A stretch of 38,847 nucleotides of DNA from Kiritimatiellota bacterium (GCA_030590505.1 JAUUYH010000001.1:1-38847), one strand, 5' to 3'; numbered from the stretch's first letter, positions 7,129 through 16,497 are shown. Notes: generated from the letters alone by a model not told the origin. Program-made: numbers and translations.

Positions 7129-7817
7129 TATTTTTTATTCTCTTTTTCTTTTTGAAGTTTTAATTTTTTAAGATATTTATTAAAAGACGACGGCCATATT
7201 ATAGCTTGAACTTCCTTCTTCTCGCTATCAAGCAAAATTACTTTATATCCATAAAAGCAACTTCCAAATGCAGGTGTCGTCCTTCTTCGATTCTTCTTTG
7301 TATTTGTTTCGTCTTCGTCTTCGTTTTCCGGCTCTTCATAGGCATCTTCAGTTTTATCATATATCAACTCTATCTGATCAAAAACCTTGACATATTTCTT
7401 ACGTGCTATTAGTTTTGGAATAAGAACAGTAAAATTTTTGACGAGTTGAGGAGATGGTTTCCTTTCTGTTACAGACTTAGAGTAAGCTTCAACAACTAGA
7501 GAATAATTATTTGCATCATTATGATTTTTGTTGTTAATTGTTACTGTTAGTGAGACAATATCTTTTTTATCATCATTATTTAAGTCTTTTCCGCTAGGTG
7601 TTGTCCTTAATTTTAATGCTTTGTCATTTTTGAGCTTTCTAGTACGAGAAACCTTTTTAACACTAAGTTTTAAAAATTTAGGATTGATTACTGGTTTAAC
7701 CTCTGCGACTTTAGCATCAGCGACTTTAGCATCAGGATCTTTGGCCTCCTCGGCATAAAGAAACGCTGCTAGCGTAAATGCAACAACAGTTAAGAACATT
7801 TTATACAAATTATTCAT
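7128..7817 (-). CDS. Hypothetical secreted Lys/Asp/Glu-rich protein (signal peptide), stop overlapping the purF start
   Basis: The track start at 7823 is TTG. ATG at 7817 has GGAG 8 nt upstream. Hydrophobic N-terminus MFLTVVAFTLAAFLYA. TAATG overlap with purF at 7126-7130. Contains a 2 x 15 bp repeat at 7705-7734 (DAKVA DAKVA). Confidence 0.6.
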   Translation of the reverse strand: MNNLYKMFLTVVAFTLAAFLYAEEAKDPDAKVADAKVAEVKPVINPKFLKLSVKKVSRTRKLKNDKALKLRTTPSGKDLNNDDKKDIVSLTVTINNKNHNDANNYSLVVEAYSKSVTERKPSPQLVKNFTVLIPKLIARKKYVKVFDQIELIYDKTEDAYEEPENEDEDETNTKKNRRRTTPAFGSCFYGYKVILLDSEKKEVQAIIWPSSFNKYLKKLKLQKEKENKK

Positions 7818-7861
7818 AAACAATACTCCTAGGATTGTTATTCTATTTTTTAAGACACATC

Positions 7862-7891
7862 ATAATAGAGAAGAAAAAGAGAGTTTTTCAA
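7862..7891 (-). promoter_or_regulatory. Putative sigma70-type promoter for the hypothetical-purF-kinase operon
   Basis: Minus strand reads TTGAAA (7891-7886), 18-nt spacer, TATTAT (7867-7862). It sits just downstream of the radC terminator and upstream of the GGAG/ATG at 7817. Confidence 0.35.
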
Positions 7892-7902
7892 GCTGAATTA
7901 TA

Positions 7903-7947
7903 ATAAAAAACCTAATAAAGCACCTCAAGGCAGGTGGAGTTAGGTTT
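7903..7947 (-). terminator. Rho-independent terminator downstream of radC
   Basis: Minus strand: AAACCTAA-CTC-CACCT-GCCTTG-AGGTG-CTTTA-TTAGGTTT followed by TTTATTA. Outer stem 8 bp, inner stem 5 bp. Confidence 0.6.
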
Positions 7948-7977
7948 CTAAGCTTTGCTGAGTTTTATGCAGCGTAG

Positions 7978-8688
7978 TTACTCCATCAAATTATTTTCCG
8001 CAAAACTGAAAGATCCCTCTGTGGAGATAATAAGATGGTCAAGCACTCTTATATCCATTGCAGTCGCTGCTGTAATGATATCTCCAGTAATGCGAATATC
8101 ACTTCCAGATGGTTCAGATTCGCCACTAGGGTGATTATGGATAAGAATAATGCCTGTTGCATTGTGTTTTAGTGCATTTCTAATAATATTACGAGGATAG
8201 ATAACAACCTTATCAGTGGTTCCTTCGTTAACTATTTCATAGTTTTCAATCTTATTTCTTGCATTTATGTATATCACCATAAATGCCTCATCAACGAGGT
8301 GCCCAAGTTTTTTTCTTGCAAAGTCAAGAACATCTTTCGGGGATCTAATTGCATTTTTCTGCTGAAGTTGCATGACAAGGCTCCGTGTATCTAGTTCACG
8401 GATAAGCTTGATTAAAATTGCGGTGTTCTCGGATATGCCGGAAACCTCTAAAAGTGCTTCGGATGAGGCATTCATTACACCATGAATATTTTTAAAGTGT
8501 TCAATTAGCTGTTTTGCAAGTGGCTTGACATCTTTTCTGGGGATTGAATAGGTAAGTAAAAGCTCAAGTAGTTCGTAGTCCGCTAAGGAATCAGACGAAA
8601 GCAGTAATTTTTTACGCAATCGATCACGATGTCCATGATAATGCGGTATTTTTTTTGCTTTCTTAGGCTCGTTTTTCATATTTTTCAT
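7978..8688 (-). CDS. radC: RadC-family JAB/MPN-domain protein
   Basis: 236 aa. N-terminal HhH-like region (GHRDRLRKK...ELLELLL) and JAMM motif HNHPSGESEPSGSD near the C-terminus. Confidence 0.9.
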   Translation of the reverse strand: MKNMKNEPKKAKKIPHYHGHRDRLRKKLLLSSDSLADYELLELLLTYSIPRKDVKPLAKQLIEHFKNIHGVMNASSEALLEVSGISENTAILIKLIRELDTRSLVMQLQQKNAIRSPKDVLDFARKKLGHLVDEAFMVIYINARNKIENYEIVNEGTTDKVVIYPRNIIRNALKHNATGIILIHNHPSGESEPSGSDIRITGDIITAATAMDIRVLDHLIISTEGSFSFAENNLME

Positions 8689-8720
8689 AAAAAAAGGGTG
8701 GACCCAAAAGGGCCACCCGA
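8689..8720 (-). terminator. GC-rich hairpin plus T7 run downstream of the SWIB gene, abutting the radC ATG
   Basis: Minus strand: GGGTGGCCC-TTTT-GGGTCCACCC-TTTTTTT-ATG(radC). Confidence 0.6.
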
Positions 8721-8745
8721 TATATAAAGCATCTATTGAAGAGAT

Positions 8746-9075
8746 TTACGCTTCAATATTAGCACCGACAACTGACGCCATCTGCATCATATTAATTGTC
8801 TGTCCTTCTTTTAGAGCAGTTAGGTTAGTAACTTTTCCGCTCTTGCTTTTTGAATTTGTATTTTTGAAAATAGTCAACAGTTTTGCATCTGCAACAATAA
8901 ATTTTCCACCGTTTTCAGGTTTTCCATTTTCAGATCTAGTCTGAAGTTTATTTGCTTTGATGTAATCCCATAACTGTTTTGTAATAGCTGTTCTTGGAAG
9001 CTCTTTTTCACCAAGAAATGCTGCTAGGTCTGCTTTCAATTTTACCGGTTTGCTAAGTCCTTTTGCTTCTGCCAT
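8746..9075 (-). CDS. SWIB/MDM2-domain protein
   Basis: LKADLAAFLGEKELPRTAITKQLWDYIKANKLQ...FIVADAKLLTIF fits the SWIB domain pattern. I prefer ATG at 9075 (AAGGAGAG 5-6 nt upstream) over the track start at 9117. Confidence 0.8.
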   Translation of the reverse strand: MAEAKGLSKPVKLKADLAAFLGEKELPRTAITKQLWDYIKANKLQTRSENGKPENGGKFIVADAKLLTIFKNTNSKSKSGKVTNLTALKEGQTINMMQMASVVGANIEA

Positions 9076-9506
9076 CTTCTCTCTCCTTACTTGAGTATTA
9101 AATTTAGGAACTTTCAAGATTTTCTGAATAAAAATCCTCTCCTATGGTTCGTAAAATAACCTATATTCAAAATTTTCCAAATGCAATATAGTAGATTTCT
9201 ACTCCTTTTAGCCACTTAGCGTCAAAATTTGCGTACTTCGCAACATATTATAACTTCATAAGGCGTTGAAAAAGAACATCAACAGCGGTTTAGGAGCATC
9301 TTCAAGGAATAACTCATCCAATTGGGGAAATTCTGCTAAAATTCGGAGAAAATGTTAAAAATGAGCAGATTTTATACTCTTTTTACAGTTTCTCGGAGGA
9401 TTAATTTGACTGGAACTGCCAGTTGATATGCTTCTCGGTTGTTTTTTGGTGTTCAATTGCTTCATAATTGATCCTTTCTCTGTCTGGAGTTAGTCGCGGC
9501 TTTATG

Positions 9507-9713
9507 TCACTCTCCCAGAAACTCCTGTTCGTTTCTTAAAAATGCACAATTTCCATCTTTTAGTAAGATCGTCTCTTCATTCTCTTTTATATGACCTTGA
9601 TCTTCCCGCGCCTTCTTGGTGTCCCTCCAGAGATGTTCATGTAACCCTATGCGGTCTACTGGTTGACGTTTTAAAATATTTGATATTCGTTCGATTTCTG
9701 TCATCTTTTTCAT
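9507..9713 (-). CDS. Hypothetical 68-aa ORF, possibly a truncated gene remnant
   Basis: No Shine-Dalgarno sequence. The N-terminus MTEIERISNILKRQPVDRIG vaguely resembles N-termini of uroporphyrinogen-decarboxylase-family proteins, then stops. It sits in a 750-bp gene-poor gap. Confidence 0.25.
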   Translation of the reverse strand: MKKMTEIERISNILKRQPVDRIGLHEHLWRDTKKAREDQGHIKENEETILLKDGNCAFLRNEQEFLGE

Positions 9714-9751
9714 GAATTATGATAAAAAAAAAGGAAAATTTATTTGAGATA

Positions 9752-9779
9752 CTTGATTTACATGAGTTTCTGCTTATAG
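9752..9779 (+). promoter_or_regulatory. Putative sigma70-type promoter upstream of the ABC/glycosidase locus
   Basis: TTGATT (9752-9757), 16-nt spacer, TATAGT (9774-9779), about 97 nt upstream of the ATG at 9876. Confidence 0.3.
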
Positions 9780-9875
9780 TAAGCCTTCACGAGTTTTGGT
9801 TATTAATAATGGTTATAAAGCTTTATCCATAAAATAGGGATTCCCCCCATGACTCAAACAATGTAAATAGAATAA

Positions 9876-12800
9876 ATGAAAAACTTATATTTAAAATTTG
9901 GAATTTGCCTGGCAGTAACGTTAGTTATAATATTGCTCTTTTTCAACCTGCTCTCTTTTATAATGCGTCCTGCATTGTCGAATGAATTTGTCATGCCATC
10001 CGCAGAAAGGATTGCCGAAGTGGAAGAGTTGAGACATCCAAAGCCCCCCCCGATCATTTATCAGAAAGTTGACTATTCAGAAGGGAAAAAGGGAGCATGG
10101 TATCCTAAGGGTGAAGCTCCTATACTCAAAGAGTTGATTGCAGAGGGAAAACTTCCTCCGCTTAATGAACGTGTTCCTACAGAACCACTCGTACTTGAAG
10201 GTGTTGATCATGTTCATAACTATGGAGGGACATGGATGCGACTTGGTTCGAATGCTTCTGAAGTATATTGTGTTGCGAACAGACTTGGATATGCACATAT
10301 AGTTCGTTGGTCTCCCATGGGAAAGCCGATAGTTCCACATGTAGCTAAAAATTTTACAGTGTCTGACGATAACAGGGTCTACACTTTTGAATTACGCAAA
10401 GGAATGAAATGGTCTGATGGGCATCCTTATAATACAGATGATATTAAGTATAATTGGGAAATGGAGGAGAATGACCCAATGTTAGCAAGCTCTCCGAGTC
10501 AAGTATATCGCTTCCAGGGAAAACTTGCAAAAATTGAGTTTTTAGATAAATATAATTTTAAAATTACTTTCGATAAACCAAATCCTCTTTTTCTTCCCAA
10601 AATAGCAGGCGCTTATGGGCGTTGGCTCTGCAATTCACCCGCTCATTTCCTCAAACGGTTTCATCCCAGAATAGGTGATCAGAAACTTATAGAAAAATTA
10701 CAGGATAAATATGGCCTACCAAGTGCAAAATCCGTTTATCGAAAAATAAAAGACGTTACAAATCCTGAGCTTCCACGTATAACTCCATGGATAATAAAAC
10801 GACCTGTTAAAGGTTCACCTTCAGAAGCAGTACGTAATCCGTATTACTTTGTTGTTGATTCTGCAGGGAATCAACTGCCTTACCTTGATCGCATAATATT
10901 TACTGCTCGATCATCAAATATGATTACACTCAGTGCTGCCAGTGGTGAAGTGTCAATGCAAAATAAAAAAATAGATCCTTCGCAATATACATTATTAATG
11001 GGAAACTCTCAGAAAGAGGGGTATCAATTATATCACTGGACATCGCAAGGACGGTCAAACTTTACGATATATTTTAATTTAGAATATAAAGTGAATCCTG
11101 ATAAACCTGAGACAAAATGGCTCAAAAAAACAATTAGTTCAAAAGAGTTCAGAAGAGCTATGTCAATATCGATAGATAGACAGCGTATGATTGATTCAGA
11201 GTTTAATGGAATAGTAGAAGCTGCTCAATTATCTCCATCAAGAAGCTCTTACTTTTTTAATGAAGAAGTCTATAAATCAGCAACTGAATATGATCCTGAA
11301 ACGGCGTGTAAATTATTGGATAATCTGGGATTAAGCAAGCGTGACAGTGAGGGATATCGTACATTTCCTGACGGTTCACACATGAGTATCTATTTCTCAA
11401 TTCCTACTCCTGACGACGCAGAACGAGCTCAATTTGTAGTTGATGACTGGAAGAGAGTAGGCGTAAGAGTTATTATTAGGGTTTTAGGCTTACATTTAAT
11501 GAAGAGACGTGTTACCGCAGGTGAAGCTGAAATGTTTTTATCAAATAGCGTAATACAATTTTTCCCCTTGCGCCCTTGCTTCTCCTTTGCTCCTGGAGTT
11601 GATCTGTGGTATGAGGCTGGTGGGATGTTTGGAAGTAAAGATTCCGAATCATTAAAACACAAAGCACCACCCAAGGATTCAGATTTATATAAATCTTTAA
11701 AATACTATTCTGAAGCAAAAAAATATTCCGATCCCGCAAAACAGAAAATTTATTTGGATAAAATGTTACAAATAGTCGCTGATAATGTTTGGCAAATTAA
11801 TATTGCAACGCCACTTCCTGTTTTAGCCATTGTTAAAGATGGATTTAAAAACGTTCCTCGTGATCTCTCATTCGCCTGGTCGCATCAATCGCCAGCCAAT
11901 GGTGGAGTTGAAACTTTCTGCTGGGAAAAAGAGTATCTACAGAAAAAGAATATTTTAGAGATGGATGAGGCTGCGAAGGAGTCTATTAAATATCAGATAG
12001 TGAATACAACAACAGATAAAGTGAGTGATTCGTCTGTTGATAATTACACTCCGAAAGGAATAGGAAAACTGACTCAAGATGCAAAATCAGTAAAAGTTAG
12101 TATAGCACTAAATATTGTAAAATACCTTTTAATTGGTATTGCTCTGCTTTTTCTATCTATGGCAGCTCTGAAACACCCATACATACTTCGCCGTCTTGCA
12201 TTAATGGTACCAACTTTGTTTATTATTTCTATTTTAGTTTTTGTTGTTATTCAGCTACCACCCGGAGATTATATTGATACTAAAATAGCTGCAATGGAGG
12301 AAGTAGGTGAAGAGGTTGATGCACAGGAAATAGAACAACTTAAAGCCATGTTTTTTATTGATGACTCTATGGCAGTACGATATGCTAGATGGATGGGATT
12401 GAAGTGGTTTATTAGTTTCGATAATGAAGATAGAGGGTTACTGCAGGGGCATATGGGCCGTTCCATGCGTGACATGCGTGTAGTAAATGAACTCATTGCC
12501 GAACGAGTGATTTTAACTTTCTTCATCTCCTTAGGGACGCTATTGTTCACTTGGGCAATCGCCTTTCCGGTTGGTATATATTCAGCAGTCAAGCAATATT
12601 CATTTTTTGATTATGTGTTTACAGTTTTCGGATTTTTGGGAATGAGTATTCCAGGTTTTATTTCTGCTCTTCTTATGATGTATGCTTGTGAACGTTTTAT
12701 GGGATTTACACCGACGGGGCTGTTTTCTTCAGAATTTGGAGCTAGGCCTGACTGGAACTGGGATAAAATTATTGATCTATTAAAACATGTCTGGATACCG

Positions 12801-13205
12801 GTTATGATTATGGGAGTTGCCGGAACAGCAGGAATGATTAGAGTTATGCGTGCAAACTTGCTTGATGAACTAAAAAAACCGTATGTTATCACAGCCAAAG
12901 CCAAAGGAGTAAGACCTCTTAAACTTCTTTTTAAATATCCTGTTCGTATGGCACTCAATCCATTTGTTTCAGGAATCGGCGGAATATTCCCAAGACTCGT
13001 ATCGGGGGGAGCAATCGTAGCGATTGTTATGAGCTTGCCCACTGTTGGACCGTTGTTGCTAGAAGCTCTCCTTGTTCAGGATATGTATATGGCTGGTTCT
13101 CTTATAATGTTCTTCAGTCTGCTCGGAATATTCGGAGTACTTGTAAGTGATCTTCTCCTACTTGTACTGGATCCGCGTATTAGATTCGGAGGGGGTACAC
13201 GATGA
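9876..13205 (+). CDS. Fusion protein: signal-anchor + family-5 (Opp/Dpp/Nik-type) substrate-binding domain + extra TM helix + OppB/DppB-like ABC permease
   Basis: 1109 codons with no interruption. SBP family-5 signature region YTFELRKGMKWSDGHPYNTDDI. Hydrophobic helix IALNIVKYLLIGIALLFLSMAAL at nt 12102-12170. Canonical OppB N-terminus KHPYILRRLALMVPTLFIISILVFVVIQLPPGDY from nt 12171. C-terminus LDPRIR. Confidence 0.85.
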   Translation: MKNLYLKFGICLAVTLVIILLFFNLLSFIMRPALSNEFVMPSAERIAEVEELRHPKPPPIIYQKVDYSEGKKGAWYPKGEAPILKELIAEGKLPPLNERVPTEPLVLEGVDHVHNYGGTWMRLGSNASEVYCVANRLGYAHIVRWSPMGKPIVPHVAKNFTVSDDNRVYTFELRKGMKWSDGHPYNTDDIKYNWEMEENDPMLASSPSQVYRFQGKLAKIEFLDKYNFKITFDKPNPLFLPKIAGAYGRWLCNSPAHFLKRFHPRIGDQKLIEKLQDKYGLPSAKSVYRKIKDVTNPELPRITPWIIKRPVKGSPSEAVRNPYYFVVDSAGNQLPYLDRIIFTARSSNMITLSAASGEVSMQNKKIDPSQYTLLMGNSQKEGYQLYHWTSQGRSNFTIYFNLEYKVNPDKPETKWLKKTISSKEFRRAMSISIDRQRMIDSEFNGIVEAAQLSPSRSSYFFNEEVYKSATEYDPETACKLLDNLGLSKRDSEGYRTFPDGSHMSIYFSIPTPDDAERAQFVVDDWKRVGVRVIIRVLGLHLMKRRVTAGEAEMFLSNSVIQFFPLRPCFSFAPGVDLWYEAGGMFGSKDSESLKHKAPPKDSDLYKSLKYYSEAKKYSDPAKQKIYLDKMLQIVADNVWQINIATPLPVLAIVKDGFKNVPRDLSFAWSHQSPANGGVETFCWEKEYLQKKNILEMDEAAKESIKYQIVNTTTDKVSDSSVDNYTPKGIGKLTQDAKSVKVSIALNIVKYLLIGIALLFLSMAALKHPYILRRLALMVPTLFIISILVFVVIQLPPGDYIDTKIAAMEEVGEEVDAQEIEQLKAMFFIDDSMAVRYARWMGLKWFISFDNEDRGLLQGHMGRSMRDMRVVNELIAERVILTFFISLGTLLFTWAIAFPVGIYSAVKQYSFFDYVFTVFGFLGMSIPGFISALLMMYACERFMGFTPTGLFSSEFGARPDWNWDKIIDLLKHVWIPVMIMGVAGTAGMIRVMRANLLDELKKPYVITAKAKGVRPLKLLFKYPVRMALNPFVSGIGGIFPRLVSGGAIVAIVMSLPTVGPLLLEALLVQDMYMAGSLIMFFSLLGIFGVLVSDLLLLVLDPRIRFGGGTR

Positions 13206-14317
13206 GTAAAAAAACAAAAACTACTGCCAGCTACCTTAGTCAGTGGCAATTAATTAGACTGCGCTTTTTTAAACATAAACTTGCCGCAGCATCTCTCTTT
13301 ATTGTCGTTGGACTATATGTTGTCGCAGGATTTAGTGAGTTTTTTGCAACTTACTCTACCGACATGATGAACATAAACCAGCAGTATAATCCTCCAATGC
13401 CGGTAAAATTTAATTTTTCAGACGGTCTATATGTTAATAAAGTAAAGCGAAACATTGATCCTGTCTCTTTTCATAAAGAGTATACCGAAACAGATGAAAA
13501 AATAGGCCTTACTTTTTTTGGAAAAGGACATTCGTACAAACTATGGGGAGTAATTCCCTGCTCTAGGCATCTATTGGTTGCAACTAACACAACTGAAGAA
13601 ATAGGTACGGATAAAGAGACGTTTTTTTATCTTTTTGGTAGCGACAAATATGGCCGTGATATTTATACCCGGCTGATTGCAGGAGCTAGGGTCTCACTCT
13701 CTATCGGTCTTATCGCCATCGCAATAAGCTTTGTATTGGGTATCGTTATAGGTGGTATTTCCGGATATGTTGGAGGAAAAACTGATCTGATTATTCAGCG
13801 AATTATTGAAATTATCGGAGGGTTCCCAAAGCTTCCGCTATGGATGGCTATTGCCGCTGCAATGCCACAGGATTGGTCGCCGTTAACTGTATATTTCTGT
13901 ATCACAGTGGTTCTCAGTTTAATGGGTTGGACGGGTCTTGCCAGAACTGTAAGAAGTAAACTTCTTCAATTACGGGAAGAGGATTACGCTGTTGCTGCCT
14001 CTCTTTTGGGCGCAAGTCACAGTCGTATAATTTTTAAACATCTGATTCCAGGATTCACCTCGCATATTATTGTTACCTTGACCATGCGTGTGCCTGGTAT
14101 GATTTTAGGTGAGACCTCGTTGAGCTTTCTAGGTCTTGGTCTGCGACCACCAGTTGTTAGTTGGGGAGTGATGTTGCAGGATTGTATGAATATGCAGGCA
14201 GTCGCCCTTTATCCGTGGTTGCTATTGCCACTCTTTTTTATCGTTGCATCAGTATTATCGTTGAACTTTTTAGGAGACGGACTCAGGGACGCAGCAGATC
14301 CATATTCTGCAAAATAA
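13202..14317 (+). CDS. ABC transporter permease, OppC/DppC-like
   Basis: FGSDKYGRDIYTRLIAGARVSLSIG motif, N-terminal periplasmic loop, C-terminal LGDGLRDAADP. ATGA overlap with the upstream stop. Confidence 0.9.
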   Translation: MSKKTKTTASYLSQWQLIRLRFFKHKLAAASLFIVVGLYVVAGFSEFFATYSTDMMNINQQYNPPMPVKFNFSDGLYVNKVKRNIDPVSFHKEYTETDEKIGLTFFGKGHSYKLWGVIPCSRHLLVATNTTEEIGTDKETFFYLFGSDKYGRDIYTRLIAGARVSLSIGLIAIAISFVLGIVIGGISGYVGGKTDLIIQRIIEIIGGFPKLPLWMAIAAAMPQDWSPLTVYFCITVVLSLMGWTGLARTVRSKLLQLREEDYAVAASLLGASHSRIIFKHLIPGFTSHIIVTLTMRVPGMILGETSLSFLGLGLRPPVVSWGVMLQDCMNMQAVALYPWLLLPLFFIVASVLSLNFLGDGLRDAADPYSAK

Positions 14318-14347
14318 CAAATAAAACAACTTGTCAAAAGATAAATT

Positions 14348-15397
14348 ATGTCAGAAAAAATAAAAAATGTATTAGAGATCAGCAATTTAAAGGTCTCATT
14401 CTTTACGGAAGAGGGTGAGATTCGTGCTGTGAATAATGTCAACTTTTCAATCCCAAAAGGAAAAATCATGGCCTTAGTTGGCGAGTCAGGATGTGGAAAA
14501 AGTGTGACATCCTATTCCATTTTGCGTTTAATTCAAAAACCTGGAAAGATTCTGAATGGTGAAATTCTATTTCATCCTTCGGATGGAAAAAAACTTGATA
14601 TATTAAAGCTTGATGAGAAATCTGATAAACTTTTTAATTTACGTGGCGGAAAAATTAGTATGATTTTTCAAGAACCAATGACAGCTCTGAGCCCTGTCCA
14701 TACGGTCGGAAATCAAATCTCTGAAGCAATCCTTTTACATCAAAATGTTTCAAAAAAAGAAGCCCGTAAAAAGACAATTGATATGCTTTCCAAGGTTGGT
14801 ATTCCAGGAGCCGAACAGCGTGTAGATCAGTATCCGTTTGAATTAAGTGGTGGAATGCGCCAGCGTGTTGTTATTGCAATGGCTCTGGTTTGTAATCCTG
14901 AACTCCTGATTGCAGATGAACCGACAACCGCACTTGACGTAACTATCCAGGCACAGATTTTAAAACTGATGAAGGAGTTGCAGAAGGATTTAGGCACATC
15001 AATTCTGCTAATTACGCATGATTTGGGAGTTGTTGCGCAAGTCGCAGATGAAGTTGCTGTAATGTATCTTGGCAGGGTTGTGGAAAGATCTGATGTTTAT
15101 ACAATTATGAAAAATCCGCGTCACCCATACACTATGGCTCTTTTAAGATCGCTACCAAGCTTAAGTATGGATAAAGCAAAACTGCCTTCAATAAAAGGCA
15201 GTGTACCGTCATTACAGGAGATCCCCGAAGGTTGCCCGTTCCATCCAAGATGTCCTCATTATAAAGAAGATGTGTGCGATATAGGCACTCCTCCAGACTT
15301 GGTTTCGATCGGAAAAGATCACGATGCAGCATGCCTAAGAGTAGACGATATTGAATTAATCGAAAAAAAGAGTAAACATATAGGGAGTTTTTATTAA
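14348..15397 (+). CDS. ABC transporter ATP-binding protein, OppD/DppD-like
   Basis: Walker A GESGCGKS, signature LSGGMRQR, Walker [13 protein letters not shown], Opp-type C-terminal extension HPYT...CPFHPRCP...C. Confidence 0.95.
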   Translation: MSEKIKNVLEISNLKVSFFTEEGEIRAVNNVNFSIPKGKIMALVGESGCGKSVTSYSILRLIQKPGKILNGEILFHPSDGKKLDILKLDEKSDKLFNLRGGKISMIFQEPMTALSPVHTVGNQISEAILLHQNVSKKEARKKTIDMLSKVGIPGAEQRVDQYPFELSGGMRQRVVIAMALVCNPELLIADEPTTALDVTIQAQILKLMKELQKDLGTSILLITHDLGVVAQVADEVAVMYLGRVVERSDVYTIMKNPRHPYTMALLRSLPSLSMDKAKLPSIKGSVPSLQEIPEGCPFHPRCPHYKEDVCDIGTPPDLVSIGKDHDAACLRVDDIELIEKKSKHIGSFY

Positions 15398-15429
15398 AAC
15401 TTCCCTGTTAAATTAATAAATAAAATATT

Positions 15430-16497
15430 ATGAAAGAAAAATCCTGTAACAAATTAGAAGAGTCTAAAGTGGCTAGAGACGCAGTTGATAGTTCCAGTTT
15501 GGAACAGCCATTACTACGCGTGCGTGGTTTGTGCAAATACTTCCCTATTTTTAATAAAGGAATTATGCGCAAGCAGATAGGAATAGTTAAGGCTGCTGAT
15601 GGTATAAGTTTTGACCTTATGCCTGGTGAAACTCTTGGCATAGTAGGAGAGAGTGGATCAGGTAAAACTACGGTCGGAAGAACCATTTTAAGAGCACTTG
15701 ATCCCACGGATGGGGAAGTTAGCTTTTTTTGCGATAATGACATTATTGATTTGGCAACAGTTCCACGCAAAAGGTTGAAAAAATTACGTACTAAAATGCA
15801 GATGATTTTTCAGGACCCTTTTTCTTCATTAAACCCAAGAATGACTGTTCGGGATATCGTTGCAGAGCCTTTAATAATCCACAAGATGGCCAAAGGGAAG
15901 GAGTTAGAGGATAAAGTTACAGAGATGTTGATCAAGGTAGGATTGCAACCAGAACACAAAATGCGTTATCCTCATGCATTTTCAGGAGGCCAGCGTCAAC
16001 GTATCGGGATTGCCCGGGCATTAATTATGAAGCCATTGTTGGTTGTTGCCGACGAAGCGGTTTCTGCTCTTGATGTTTCTGTTCAGGCACAGGTAATTAA
16101 TCTCATGAAAGATCTGCAGCAGGATCTTGGACTTACTTATATTTTTATTGCTCATGATTTGAGTGTAGTTAAGCATATCTGTGATAAAGTTGCCGTTATG
16201 TATGCCGGAAAAATCGTTGAACTTGCTAAGACCGAACAACTATTTAAAGATCCTAAACATCCATACACTAGAGCTCTTTTACGAGCTGTACCTAGCCCAG
16301 ATCCGAACATAAAAATGGAATTCGGACTTGAAGGTGAAGTCGCCGATCCAGGAAAATTACCTCCTGGATGTGCATTTCATCCACGGTGCCGAGAATGTTT
16401 TGATAAATGCAAATCAGAAATACCTGAACTTCTTCAACTGAAAAAGGGTGGCCTTCTGTCATGTCATATTAATTCTGAAAACAAAAAGGAGAAGTAA
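15430..16497 (+). CDS. ABC transporter ATP-binding protein, OppF/DppF-like
   Basis: Walker A GESGSGKT, signature FSGGQRQR, Walker B LLVVADEAVSALD, C-terminal HPYTRALL...CAFHPRCRECFDKC. Confidence 0.95.
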   Translation: MKEKSCNKLEESKVARDAVDSSSLEQPLLRVRGLCKYFPIFNKGIMRKQIGIVKAADGISFDLMPGETLGIVGESGSGKTTVGRTILRALDPTDGEVSFFCDNDIIDLATVPRKRLKKLRTKMQMIFQDPFSSLNPRMTVRDIVAEPLIIHKMAKGKELEDKVTEMLIKVGLQPEHKMRYPHAFSGGQRQRIGIARALIMKPLLVVADEAVSALDVSVQAQVINLMKDLQQDLGLTYIFIAHDLSVVKHICDKVAVMYAGKIVELAKTEQLFKDPKHPYTRALLRAVPSPDPNIKMEFGLEGEVADPGKLPPGCAFHPRCRECFDKCKSEIPELLQLKKGGLLSCHINSENKKEK

